From Eledone cirrhosa (lineage: Eukaryota), in assembly GCA_964016885.1 (NCBI GenBank), contig OZ024740.1, positions 424,142,001 through 424,206,000 on the forward strand: DNA of 64,000 nucleotides. The letters run 5' to 3'. The stretch's first letter is position 1. Each line of letters begins with the position of its first letter. The translations under genes and the position numbers were made by a program. Shown here piece by piece: positions 14,361-29,366 of this stretch. The notes beneath the pieces are model-generated. The model was given only the letters and a program-made list of their open reading frames with translations, had not been told where the DNA came from and did no database searches.

Positions 14361-14574
14361 AAGGGCGGTGGATTGGCAGTATCGGTAGAGCATCTAATGA
14401 CATTCATTGCAGCATATAGTTACAGCCCTTTATGTTCTGAGTTCAAATCTCGTTAAGTTAGCTTTACCTTTTATCATGGGATCGATAAAATAAAGTACTA
14501 CTGGGGTTGATTTAATCAAATTTTCCCTCCTCCAAAACTGCTGGCCTTGTGCCTAAATCAGAAATCCTTATTAT
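14361..14574 (+). mobile_element. tRNA-derived SINE (major family), near full length
   Basis: A box tggcagtatcggt, B box gagttcaaatc, central ctttacctttt..gtcgataaaataaagtac domain, tail gctggccttgtgcc..agaaa. Confidence 0.85.
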
Positions 14575-14579
14575 CATTG

Positions 14580-15460
14580 CATGCTGTCACTATACTACCA
14601 AGCAGGGCTCTTCATGGTCTGGGTATATGCAGTGTTATTTATTGGTGTTGTTTCTATTGTATCAAAAGTACTCTCTGCAATGTGTGCAGTGCCTAGTAGT
14701 GCTATTTTCTATATAAGTCCTGAGGAATTGGTTATAATGCATCTGTCTCTGTGTTTTTTTTATCATTCCCAGGGTACCTACTATTATAGGGATTGTTGCT
14801 GCTTGCACCATCCACATTCAAATTTTTTCCATTTGTAGATCTTTACATTTAGATAAGTTTTCTATTTCTTTGAGAGATATATTGTCATTTGTTACAACAA
14901 TTCAAATGAATTTCCTTTTGTGGGTATCTTTGACCACAATTGGCCTTCAACTCCCTCTTTGTGTATATTGGCATATCCCAGAATATGGTTGCTTTGTCCT
15001 TCCCTAACCTTTTCTGTTATATGTCTCATATTACCACCTTTTTTCTGTTGGTATTTCATAATACTGTCATGACTTCCGGTGTATGTAAATTCCAGCTGTC
15101 ATGTCTGTAGAAATAGTCTTTCTTGACTGAATTATACAGTGTTTATGTAAGTTATTTTCTCCTGTTTGTGTGTGGAGTTATTGTCTTTATTTCAATAACT
15201 CGCTACATGTGGTATATGATGTGTGTAGAGGTATTGTCTTTATTTCAATAGTTCACTACATGTGGTATATGATGTTCTAATAACTCACTACATGTGGTAC
15301 ATGATGGTCCAATAACATGGACATTTCTAATACATTAATTATCAGTCATAATAATCAATACATTTTATAAACATTACTTACAGGTGTCAGTTTTCATTAG
15401 ATTGTTCTCTGGGGTTATTTGTTGTTGTTGCTTGTTTTAATTGATATTTAGGCCTGCTTC
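14580..15460 (-). mobile_element. R4/Dong-like non-LTR retrotransposon 3' part (restriction-like endonuclease), decayed
   Basis: Minus-strand peptides KATIFWDMPI, PIVVKD, NISLKEIENLSKCKDL, MW..IPIIVGTLGMIK and IALLGTAHI are typical of the R4/Dong C-terminus. Confidence 0.75.
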
Positions 15461-15517
15461 TCGTGGATTTTATGTGATAGGCACAAGCGATATGTATTAT
15501 TATTAATAAAAATAACT

Positions 15518-15897
15518 GTGGCGAGTTATGTCCCTTAATGTTCTGAGTTCAAATCCTGTCGAGGTTAGCTTTACCTTTCATCTTTATAGGATCAATAAAA
15601 TAAAGTACCAGTAATGCACTGAGATTGATTTCATCGACTTTCCCCTCCCCCAAAATTGCTGGCCTTGTGCCTAAATCAGAAACCATTATTATTATTAATA
15701 ATTACCGTGGTGACTTGTGCCTTTTATGTTCTGAGTTCAAATACTGTCGAGGTTTTCTTTGCCTTTCATTCTCATGGTTTCGATAAAATAAAGTACGAGT
15801 AATGCACTGGGGTCAACTTAGTTTACTTTCCCCATCCCTTCAAATTGCTGGCCTTGTGCCAAATATAGAAACAATTATTATTACTATTATTATTATT
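15518..15897 (+). mobile_element. Two tandem copies of the major SINE
   Basis: B box, central domain and agaaac(att)n tail, each present twice. Confidence 0.85.
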
Positions 15898-15954
15898 TTT
15901 CACTCCATTCAATAAAAGACATAACTAAAGAAACTATATGAAGTGTTTATATCA

Positions 15955-16600
15955 GTGATATTGTCACTACTCCCTCCATCACTAAACCATTATCATCAGT
16001 AATATCGTCACTACTACCCCTCCCTCAGTGATATTATCACTGCCCCTCCCTCCATCACTGTACCACAATAATCATCATCATCATCATCATCATCACCAGT
16101 TATTGGTTTGTCTTCATCATTGTTTGTTATCAATATTTCTCACATTTTAATTGCCTGTTTCTCAAAATGGTATCAATATCAGTGTAATTACCAACATCAC
16201 AACCATTATCATCAGCAGCTTCACCATCACCACAACCATTATTACCACCATCATCACCATTACAACCATTATCATCATCATCATCATCATCACTACCATC
16301 ACCATTATCATCATCATCACTACAACCATGATAATCAGCAGCATCTTCATCATTAACACCATCTCATTTTTTAATATTTAGTCTATTTCTGAAAAGAAAG
16401 TAGTCTATATATCATTGTACTTTACTACAACTATCACTACCGCTACCATCACTACCCCAACCACCACTCACACCATTAGCACCACCAAGACTACCACCAC
16501 CATCATCACTACAACTACCATAAACACCACTACCACCTTCACTTCCCTTGCCATGATCATCATTATTCTAATCACCAATGCCGTTGTTCTCATCTTCATC
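15955..16600. repeat. (CAT/CAC)n low-complexity region
   Basis: Imperfect trinucleotide tracts. Confidence 0.8.
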
Positions 16601-16671
16601 AATTTTTACAATATGTCCGGCTCTGTCTGAGAGAGAGTTAGGCCAGTGTAACAAACATATAATATATAAAA

Positions 16672-16800
16672 ATTAGATTATTGTGTACAGTGCTAGGGTG
16701 CACTACAACTCATCAAAGGTGCATGTATAGTACATAGAATAATGTACAAATATCAGGAAAGTGAACAGTGTATGGAGGAGGGATATCACTCCAGTGTATA
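16672..16800 (-). mobile_element. CR1-type LINE 3' UTR fragment
   Basis: gtacagtgct..ggtgcactacaactcatcaaaggtgcatgtatagtacatagaataa is nearly identical to 60593-60650. Confidence 0.85.
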
Positions 16801-16905
16801 TAACTCCAGTTTGGCCCTGATCTGGCAGGTTTTTGATCAAAAGACTCCCAGTCATTTTCATCATTTGTTTTCAAAGATAGTGTAGTATTTAAGATGACAT
16901 TATCT

Positions 16906-17111
16906 AAGGGCGGTGGATTGGCAGAATCGGTAGAGCGTCGGACACAATGCTTTGCAGCATAGAGTTCTGAATTCAAATCTTACTGAGGTTAGCTTTGCCT
17001 TTCATCCTTACAGGGTTGATAAAATAAAGTACCAGTAGCGCACTGAGGTCGATTTAATCAACTTTCCCTCCCTCCAAATTGCTGGCCTTGTGCCTAAAGT
17101 AGAAACAATTA
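16906..17111 (+). mobile_element. Major tRNA-derived SINE
   Basis: aagggcggtggattggcagaatcggtagagcgtcggac...ctttgcctttcatccttacagggttgataaaataaagtaccag...agaaacaattat. Confidence 0.9.
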
Positions 17112-17371
17112 TCTAATTTATTCTAGTTATTAAAGTCAATTGGATTCAATGTGAAGGAGATGTGGGTACTATTTTTATAAAGTCAAACGTCCATGTAAAA
17201 GCTTCCCTCATTCTTTCATTGAAGTGTTTTGTTTATCCAGCAGATCTGTGATTAACAGTATTCCAGCTGTGACGATCTCTTTTTAATTTTTTTTCAGACA
17301 TTATATATCTTGGACTGCCTTGCCTTTGATTATTATTATTATTATCATTATTATTATCACATTAGCTATTT

Positions 17372-18167
17372 GCACTGGGTAATTGCTGGCCTTGTGCCTA
17401 AAGTAGAAACAATTATTATTATTAGAGTTTAGGGGCGGTGAATTGGCAGTATCGGTAGAGAGTCGGATGCCATGCTTTCCAGCATAGTTACGTCTCTTTA
17501 CGGTCCAAGGTCAAATCCCGTCGAGGTCAACTTTGCCTTTCATCCTTACGGGGTCGATAAAATAAAGTACCAGTAATGTACTGGGTAATTGCTGGCCTTC
17601 TGCCAAAAGTAGAAACAATTATTATTATTAGAGTTTACGGCCATATCATGCTGAAAACACCGGTTTTTATCCGATCACCGAAGTTAAGCAACGCTGAGCC
17701 TAGTTAGCACTTAGATGGGTGACCGCTTGCAAACCCTAGGTGCCGTAAGCGTAAAAAAAATAAAGGCGGTGGATTGGCAGTATCGGTTGAGGGTCGGACG
17801 CCATGCTTTGACGCAAAGAGTTACAGCCCTTTCCATTCTGAGTTCAAATCCCGCCGAGGTTAACTTTGCCTTTCATCCTTACGGGGTCGATAAAATAAAG
17901 TACCAGCAATACACTTGTGCCAAAAGTAGAAACAATTATTATTAGAGTGGTGGATTTGCAGAATCGATAGAGCGTCGGGCAACATGCTTTGTGGCATAGA
18001 GTTCAAATCCTGCCATGGTTAGCTTTGCCTTTGATCTTTATGTGGCCGATAAAATAAAGTACTAGTAACGCATTGGTTCGATTAGCACCCCCCCCCCCCC
18101 CCCCCCAAAAAAAAATCGTTGGCCTTGTGCCTACATAAGAAACCATTATTATTATTATTATTATTAT
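17372..18167 (+). mobile_element. Head-to-tail SINE cluster (tail fragment, then copies at 17430-17630, 17763-17943 and 17947-18167) around a 5S copy
   Basis: Repeated SINE head, central domain and tail separated by (ATT)n. Confidence 0.9.
17633..17751 (+). rRNA. 5S rRNA: 5S rRNA-derived copy, probably a retropseudogene
   Basis: GTTTACGGCCATATCATGCTGAAAACACCGG...CCGATCACCGAAGTTAAGCAAC...GATGGGTGACCGC...GTGCCGTAAGC, about 119 nt. Solitary, several substitutions, followed by an A-rich tract instead of a T-run terminator. Confidence 0.9.
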
Positions 18168-18704
18168 TAATATCATTAAGACAGTAGGGAGTGATAGAGG
18201 GAGATTTGGCTTCTGTTTCTATTTTTACCTGGTCGAGCGACCACGCAGAGCCCCACCCCTCCTCATACATTGGCTCAGCTCAGCTTGTGTAATAATAGTT
18301 AATTGTTTATACTGGAATGCTGCCATTTATTAGCTCCACTTTAACAGTATTGATCTGTACAAAACATGTCTGGCACTCAGAGGCAATCACTCTTTGTCGT
18401 TTGTTGTTTACTTTAACAGATCTCTTTGTTTATCTATTCTGTTTGGACCAGTGTGCCTCCGAAAACCTCCTTCCCTTTCAAACACACTTGTCTTTTGAGA
18501 AAAAGGTTTCAGAAATTATTTCCCACTGTCACCAACAATACTGACATGATTTAAGGAACCCTTTTTAACAGCAGGGGAGGGGACTGAAAAAAAAATATTC
18601 TTAAAAATATTTTATTTGAATGTGGGAACCCTTATTGAGCAAATAGCATGGTCTCTCTCTCTCTACCTCCCTTTCCCTCTTTCTCTCTTATATACACATT
18701 CCTT

Positions 18705-18737
<33 letters not shown>

Positions 18738-18899
18738 CATTTCGTATACACACATCTTTCCAAAGTCACACTTGTAAATAATGATTGAGTATTCATCTCT
18801 TTACATATAGCACAGAAGGTGCACACAAATGCACACACACACACACATGCACACTCTTGAACACTCACATACACTAGAACGCTACACACACACTCAGTC

Positions 18900-21800
18900 T
18901 CTCTACAACACTATATATATACACGACAACACTACTTATATACACTACAACACTACATATATACACTACAACACTATATATATATACACTACAACACTAC
19001 ATATACACTACAACACTACATATATACACTACAACACTACATATATACACTACAACACTACATATATACACTACAACACTACATATATACACTACAATAC
19101 TATATATATACACTACAACACTATATATATATATACACTACAACACTACATATATACACTACAACACTATATATACACTACAACACTACATATATACACA
19201 CTATACATATATACACACTACAACACTATATATATACGCTACAACACTACATATATACACTACAACACTATATATATACACAACACTACATATATACACA
19301 CTACAACACTATATACATACACTACAACACTATATATATATACACTACAACACTATATATATACGCTACAACACTACATATATACACTACAACACTACAT
19401 ATATACACTACAACACTACATATATATACACTAAACACTACATATATACACACTACAACACTATATATACACACTACAACACTACATATACACACTACAA
19501 CACTACATATATACACTACAACACTATATATATGCACTACAACACTATATATATATACACTACACCACTATATATATACACTACAACACTACATATATGC
19601 ACTACAACACTATATATATGCACTACAACACTATATATATGCACTACAACACTATGTATATACACTACAACACTATATACACTACAGCACTATATATACA
19701 GGCTACAACACTACATATATACACTACAACACTATATATATATATACACTACAACACTACATATACACACTACAACACTATATATACACACTACAACACT
19801 ACATATATACACTACAACACTACATATATACACTACAACACTACATATATACACTACAACACTATATATATATATACGCTACAACACTACATATATACAC
19901 TACACCACTACATATATACACTACAACACTATATATATACACTACAACACTACATATATACACACTACAACACTATATACATACACTACAACACTACATA
20001 TATACACTACAACACTATATATATATACACTACAATACTATATATATACGCTACAACACTACATATATACGCTACAATACTACATATATACACTACAACA
20101 CTACATATATACACTACAACACTACATATATATACACTACAACACTACATATATACACACTACAACACTATATATACACACTACAACACTACATATATAC
20201 ACTAAAACACTACATATATACACTACAACACTACATATATACACACTACAACACTATATATATACACTACAACACTACATATATACACTACAACACTACA
20301 TATATACACTACAACACTACATATATACACACTACAACACTATATATACACACTACAACGCTACATATATACACACTACAACATCATCGTTTAACGTCCG
20401 TGTTCCACACTACAACACTACATATATACACTACAACACTATATATATACACTACAACACTACATATATACACTACAAAACTATATATACACACTACAAC
20501 ACTACATATATACACTACAACACTATATATATACACTACAACACTATATACACTACAGCACTATATATACACACTACAACACTACATATATACACTACAA
20601 CACTATATATATATATACACTACAACACTACATATACACACTACAACACTATATATACACACTACATATATACACTACAACACTATATATATATACACTC
20701 CAACACTACATATATACACTACACCACTATATATACACACTACAACACTACATATATACACTACAACACTATATATATACACTACAACACTACATATATA
20801 CACACTACAACACTATATATATACACTACAACACTACATATATACACTACAACACTACATATACACACTACAACACTACATATACACACTACAACACTAC
20901 ATATATACACTACAACACTATATATATACACTACAACACTATATATATACACTACAACACTATATATATATACACTACAACACTATATATATATGCTACA
21001 ACACTACATATATACACTACAACACTACATATATACACTACAACACTATATATATACACTACAACACTACATATATACACACTACAACACTATTTATACA
21101 CACTACAACACTACATATATACACTACAACACTATATATATACACTACAACACTATATATACACACTACAACACTACATATATACACACTACAACATCAT
21201 CGTTTAATGTCAGTGTTCCACACTACAACACTACATATATACACTACAACACTATATATACACACTACAACACTACATATATACACTACAACACTACATA
21301 TATACACTACAACACTATATATATATACACTACAACACTATATATATATACACTACAACACTATATATATACACTACAACACTATATATATACACTACAA
21401 CACTATATATACACTACAACACTACATATATACACAGTACAACACTATATATATACACTACAACACTATATATATACACTACAACACTATATATATATAC
21501 ACTACAACACTATATATATACACTACAACACTATATATATATGCTACAACACTACATATATACACTACAACACTACATATATACACACTACAACACTATA
21601 TATACACACTAAAACACTATATATATACACTACAACACTATATATATATATGCTACAACACTACATATATACACTACAACACTATATATACACACTACAA
21701 CACTATATATACACACTACAACACTACATATATATATACACTACAACACTATATATATACACTACAACACTACATATATACACTACAACACTATATATAT

Positions 21801-24800
21801 ATACACTACAACACTATATATATACACTACAGCATTACATATATATACACTACAACACTACATATATACACTACAACACTACATATATACACTACAACAC
21901 TATATATATATATATACACTACAACACTACATATATACACTACAACACTATATATATACACTACCACACTATATATATACACTACAACACTACATATATA
22001 CACTACAACACTATATATATACACTACAACACTATATATATACACTACAACACTATATATATACACTACAACACTATATATACACTACAACACTATATAT
22101 ATATATACACTACAACACTACATATACACACTACAACACTACATATATACACTACAACACTATATATACACACTACAACACTACATATATACACTACAAC
22201 ACTACATATATACACTACAACACTATATATATACACTACAACACTACATATATACACACTACAACACTATTTATACACACTACAACACTACATATATACA
22301 CTACAACACTATATATATACACTACAACACTATATATACACACTACAACACTACATATATACACACTACAACATCATCGTTTAATGTCAGTGTTCCACAC
22401 TACAACACTACATATATACACTACAACACTATATATACACACTACAACACTACATATATACACTACAACACTACATATATACACTACAACACTATATATA
22501 TATACACTACAACACTATATATATATACACTACAACACTATATATATACACTACAACACTATATATATACACTACAACACTATATATACACTACAACACT
22601 ACATATATACACAGTACAACACTATATATATACACTACAACACTATATATATACACTACAACACTATATATATATACACTACAACACTATATATATACAC
22701 TACAACACTATATATATATGCTACAACACTACATATATACACTACAACACTACATATATACACACTACAACACTATATATACACACTAAAACACTATATA
22801 TATACACTACAACACTATATATATATATGCTACAACACTACATATATACACTACAACACTATATATACACACTACAACACTATATATACACACTACAACA
22901 CTACATATATATATACACTACAACACTACATATATACACTACAACACTATATATATACACTACAACACTATATATATACACTACAACACTACATATATAC
23001 ACTACAACACTATATATATATACACTACAACACTATATATATACACTACAGCATTACATATATATACACTACAACACTACATATATACACTACAACACTA
23101 CATATATACACTACAACACTATATATATATATATACACTACAACACTACATATATACACTACAACACTATATATATACACTACCACACTATATATATACA
23201 CTACAACACTACATATATACACTACAACACTATATATATACACTACAACACTATATATATACACTACAACACTATATATATACACTACAACACTATATAT
23301 ACACTACAACACTATATATATATATACACTACAACACTACATATACACACTACAACACTACATATATACACTACAACACTATATATACACACTACAACAC
23401 TACATATATACACTACAACACTATATATATACACTACAACACTACATATATACACTACAACACTACATATATACACTACAACACTATATATATACACTAC
23501 AACACTATATATATACACAACAACACTATATATACACACTACAACACTACATATACACACTACAACACTACATATATACACAACACTATATATATACACT
23601 ACAACACTACATATATACACTACAACACTACATATTTACACTACAACACTATATATATACACTACAACACTATATATATATATATATATACACTACAACA
23701 CTATATATACACAGTACAACACTACATATATACACTACAACACTATATATATACACTACAACACTACATATACACACTACAACACTACATATATACACTA
23801 CAACACAACATATATACACTACAACACAACATATATACACTACAACACTATATATATACACTACAACACTACATATACACACTACAACACTACATATATA
23901 CACTACAACACTACATATATACACTACAACACTACATATATACACACTAGAACACTATATATATATACACTACAACACTAGATACACTACAACACTACAC
24001 TACAACGCTACATATACACACAACACTACATATATACACTACAACACTATATATATACACTACAACACTATATATATACACTACAAAACTATATATATAC
24101 ACTACAACACTATATATATACACTACAACAATATATATATACACTACAACAATATATATATATACACTACAACACTATATATATACACTACAACACTACG
24201 TATATACACTACAACACTACATATACACACTACAACACTACATATACACACTACAACACTACATATATACACTACAGCACTACATATATACACTACAACA
24301 CTACATATATACACTACAACACTATATATATATACTCTACAACACTATATATATACACTACAACACTATATATATACACTACAACACTATATATATATAT
24401 ATACACTACAACACTACATATATACACACTACAACACTATATACATACACTACAACACTATATACATACACTACAACACTACATATATACACTACAACAC
24501 TATATATATATATATACACTACAACACTATATATATACACTACAACACTATATATATACTCTACAACACTATATATATACACTACAACACTATATATATA
24601 CACTACAACACTATATTCATACTCTACAACACTATATATATACTCTACAACACTATATATATACACTACAACACTATATATATACACTACAACACTATAT
24701 ATATACTCTACAACACTATATATATACACTACAACACTATATATATACACTACAACACTATATATATACACTACAACACTATATATATATACACTACAAC

Positions 24801-26172
24801 ACTATATATATACACTACAACACTATATATATATACACTACAACACTATATATATATACACTACAACACTATATATATACACTACAACACTATATATATA
24901 CACTACAACACTATATATATATACACTACAACACTATATATATATACACTACAACACTATATATATACACTACAACACTATATATATACACTACAACACT
25001 ATATATATACACTACAACACTATATATATATACTCTACAACACTATATATATACACTACAACACTATATATATACACTACAACACTATATATATATACAC
25101 TACAACACTATATATATACACTACAACACTATATATATACACTACAACACTATATATATATACTCTACAACACTATATATATATACTCTACAACACTATA
25201 TATATACACTACAACACTATATATATACACTACAACACTATATATATATACACTACAACACTATATATATACTCTACAACACTATATATATACACTACAA
25301 CACTATATATATACACTACAACACTATATATATACTCTACAACACTATATATATACACTACAACACTATATATATACACTACAACACTATATATATACAC
25401 TACAACACTATATATATATACACTACAACACTATATATATACACTACAACACTATATATATATATACACTACAACACTATATATATACACTACAACACTA
25501 CATATACACTACAACACTATATATATACACTACAACACTATATATATACACTACAACACTATATATATATACACTACAACACTATATATATACACTACAA
25601 CACTATATATATACACTACGACACTATATATATATACACTACAACACTATATATATACACTACAACACTACATATACACTACAACACTATATATATACAC
25701 TACAACACTATATATATACACTACAACACTATATATATATACACTACAACACTATATATATACACTACAACACTATATATATTCACTACAACACTATATA
25801 TATATACACTACAACACTATATATATACACTACAACACTATATATATATATACACTACAACACTATATATATACACTACAACACTACATATACACTACAA
25901 CACTATATATATACACTACAACACTATATATATACACTACAACACTATATATATACACTACAACACTATATATATATACACTACAACACTATATATATAC
26001 ACTACAACACTATATATACTACAACACTATATATATACACTACAACACTATATATATATACACTACAACACTACATATATACACTACAACACTATATATA
26101 TACACTACAACACTATATATATATATACACTACAACACTATATATATACACTACAACACTACATATACACAC
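18900..26172. repeat. 7.3-kb satellite, 21-bp unit CACTACAACACTA(C/T)ATATATA with variable TA number
   Basis: Continuous tandem array, almost G-free on the + strand. Confidence 0.98.
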
Positions 26173-26487
26173 ATTACATTGGTGACATCAATTGTGTTCA
26201 CTGAATCCAAATATCTCTGAAAATTCTTCAGCTTCACTACATTGCTCTGTGTTGTTGTTGTTTCTTGATATGTTATGCCTGAATGTGTGTGTGTGTTTAT
26301 ATAAGTTTATGTATGTATGTGTGTGTCTGTGCATATTTGTTTGTGTGTGTCAGTGTATGCATGTGTACCTATGTCTGTGTTTGTCTATATATGTCCACTG
26401 TGTGTATATGTATGAACAAGTTTTTCCATATGAGTGTCTGGGTGTGTGTACAATAATGTGCGTGTTTATTTCTGTATATGATGAAAT

Positions 26488-27080
26488 GGCTACGTTGGTA
26501 TGGACACGTGATGCGCATGAAAGTCGATAGCTGTATAACAAAGTGCAGGGCAATAAAGATAGACGGTAGCCACGGAATAGGCAGACCTAGAAAAACCTGG
26601 GACGAGCTGATAAACTCCGACCTCACACACTTACACCTCTCCAAGACAATGTCACTGGACCGAGACCTTTGGCGGTACTCAGTAACAGAGAAGACCCGCC
26701 TTGCCAGTAGGCATCTCTAACAAAATACACCCCGTCCCACCACCACCACCCCCACCCCATCCACACCACCCCGTCCTATGTAAAGTTATGTTGGTGCCGC
26801 GCCATCCGGGCCGAAACAAATGAGATCGTGTAGGTGTCACGACAAAAAAACACACAGTCCACGCTGTAATGTGGCCGTGTAGGCAACACGGTAAAAACCT
26901 CCCAGACCCACACTGTAAATGTGGTTGGTGTTAGGAAGGGCATCCAACTGTAGAAAACCTGCCAGACAGTCCTATGCGAGCAAGACAATCACTCTTGCCT
27001 CAAGTGGGACTACCCCCGTCCAAACCCATGCAAGCGTGGAACACGGACGTTAAACGTTGATGATGATGATGATGATGATG
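26488..27080 (+). mobile_element. 5'-truncated RTE LINE
   Basis: LRWYGHVMRMKVDSCITKC...GRPRKTWDELI, 3' UTR and (GAT)n tail; close match to 44559-45170. Confidence 0.93.
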
Positions 27081-27576
27081 TTTCCCTGTGAGTTTCTGGG
27101 TGTGTGCACACAAAACTGAATGTGTTTATGTCTATGTGTGCATGTGTGCAGTTTTGTTAAATATTCAGTTGAGTGGATAAATAGTGTTTCCGTTGCTATG
27201 GGATACAGTGCATATTTCTGCAACTGATTTTATTGATTACGGAATTAATTTCTATAATTTGAACTTTAATTACTTGAGAAAGAACTTTTTGTTTTTCTTT
27301 GCTAACAATAATGCATTAAAATGTGTTTTGTCGAGAGAAAGGATCAGTTTAATTTGATTACTGATGGTGAGAAGGAAAATGTGGATAACTTTATTATTAT
27401 CATTAGTATTATTATTGTTATTATCATTTTCCTTGGATATCTGTATATTCATATACATCCCACCGGTCCTCAACCAAGGGCCTGGGGTTGCTGATGGCTT
27501 GTTATGACAGATTTTTCAGCCCCATGGAGAAACAAATATAATAATCATAATTATTATTATTATTATTATTATTATA

Positions 27577-28010
27577 AAGGAGGTTGATTGGCAGTAATCG
27601 GTAGAGCATCAGACAACATGCTTTGTGGCATATAGTTACGTCCCTTTACAATCTGAGTTCAAATCCCACCAAGGTTAACTTTGCCTTTCATCCTTACAGG
27701 GTCGATAAAATAAAGTACCAGTAATACACTGAGGTCGATTTAATCGACTTTCCCCTCCCCTTCAAATTGTTGGCCTTGTGCCATCATTATTATTGTTGTT
27801 ATTGTTGGGTGTTGGATTGACAGAATTGGTAGAGCTTAGGACAAAATGTCCATGAGGTATTTATTCTGGTTCTTTATGATCTGAGGTCAACTTTACCTTC
27901 ATCTTTTCCTTTTTACAGCGATGTAATAATGTACCTGCCATATACTGCGCTGATGTAATTGTCTTGACTCTACCCACAAATTGTTGACTTTCTGCCTAAA
28001 TTAGAAATCA
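27577..28010 (+). mobile_element. Major SINE copy plus an older diverged copy
   Basis: Copies at about 27577-27793 and 27808-28010. Confidence 0.8.
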
Positions 28011-28109
28011 TTTTTGTACTTTGTCTTTGTAACATCTTTCACCTGATGTCTTTGTGGTAAAAACATTATTTTGTGTGTGTACAAAGACCAACCCTAAACC
28101 TACCCCTAA

Positions 28110-28255
28110 CAGCTGTAAGATTTAAAAGTTTGTTTCACAACCGCAAGATATTCAGTTCTATCCCACTGTGGGATACTTTGGGCAAGTGTCTTCTTCTATA
28201 GCCTAAGGCTGACCATTACCTTGTGAGTGAATTTGGTACATAGAAACTGTATGTA
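28110..28255 (+). mobile_element. CORE-like SINE fragment
   Basis: ctttgggcaagtgtcttcttctatagcc...ccttgtgagtgaatttggta...gaaactg. Confidence 0.6.
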
Positions 28256-29143
28256 CTCATACATACACAAATACAGGTAGTGTCTTGTGTTTTAGATGTG
28301 AGAAACGGAAAGAAAACTTTAATGAACTGAAATTATCCCTGCAAGGGTTTTGGATTGGGGAAGGGAGAGAATTCCTACAGCTTGAGCAGATAGAAGTTTT
28401 GGAAAACATCTTTTTGACAATGTAGAGTAGAGCATTGGATTGTATGTCAACCCTGGCTAACCTGAAGGTTGGCAGCTCTGTGTTACAGTACTGACCAGTC
28501 TGTGATGACAAATCCAACCCCTACTAATAGGTAAAAGGGTTGTTAAACGATGATGATGTTACTTCAAATCTTTCCATCTTGATAATAAGAATCATTTATG
28601 GATTTATAAACTAAATTAAAATTCTAGCAATTAATCTCCAGTAATTAAATATTTTAATATTTATAACCTGATTTCAAAAGAATCTTGTTAAGAAGAATGA
28701 TGCAAATATTGAGATGAGGGGGCAGGAGTCATAGGTAATTTGTAAAATGTATTTAAAAGCAAAAGTATATGTTTATGATAAGACACAATTAAATAATGCA
28801 AATATAGAAATATGTGATTATAATTTTGTACAGGGTACTAATCAGTTTGGTTTGAAAATAATAAAAGACAGGCTTAAATTATAAATGAAATACTAAATAG
28901 TCTATATAACCTATGTCATTGGTGAAAATTCGATGTATGTTAATGACATTTTCTGTGTGTGTGTGTGTGTTTGTAGGCATAGAAGCATAGCTGAATAGTT
29001 AAGAAGTTTGCTCTCTCTCTTTCTCTGGGTATAGCTAAATAGTTAAGAAATTTGCTTTTAGTGTGTGATTGTGTGCCTGTAACAAATTGGACTTTACTAA
29101 ATGTGCCCAAGAACCAGGTTTTAGTGTTAAACCAGCTTGCTAG

Positions 29144-29366
29144 TTAACCCTTTAGATACCAACCTGCCCAAAACTAGCTCTGGTTCTATGGAACAAAGCC
29201 ACCAATTTTAATGTATTCCAATGTAATATAATATCTTCGAACGTAACATATGTTAAGTTATTAATAAAATCGTAATTTTAGTAAATCCCTCAGTAAACGA
29301 CTGAAATAGTGTAATAAATAACTAAAGCTGGTACAATGTGGTAGAAATAGGTAACGGATAAAGGAT
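29144..29366. mobile_element. Degenerate piggyBac-type MITE, related to copies at 53079 and 61393
   Basis: TTAA-CCCTTT start; shared cctgcc.aaaac.agctctg.ttctatggaacaaa and tttagtaaatccctcag blocks. Confidence 0.55.

Noticed and set aside
16906-16990. tRNA genes at SINE heads
   Set aside because: A and B boxes are present but there is no complete cloverleaf, and SINE bodies follow.
19532-26220. ORFs of 950, 1193 and 1278 aa
   Set aside because: Translations of the 21-bp satellite; all three frames are open because of base composition.
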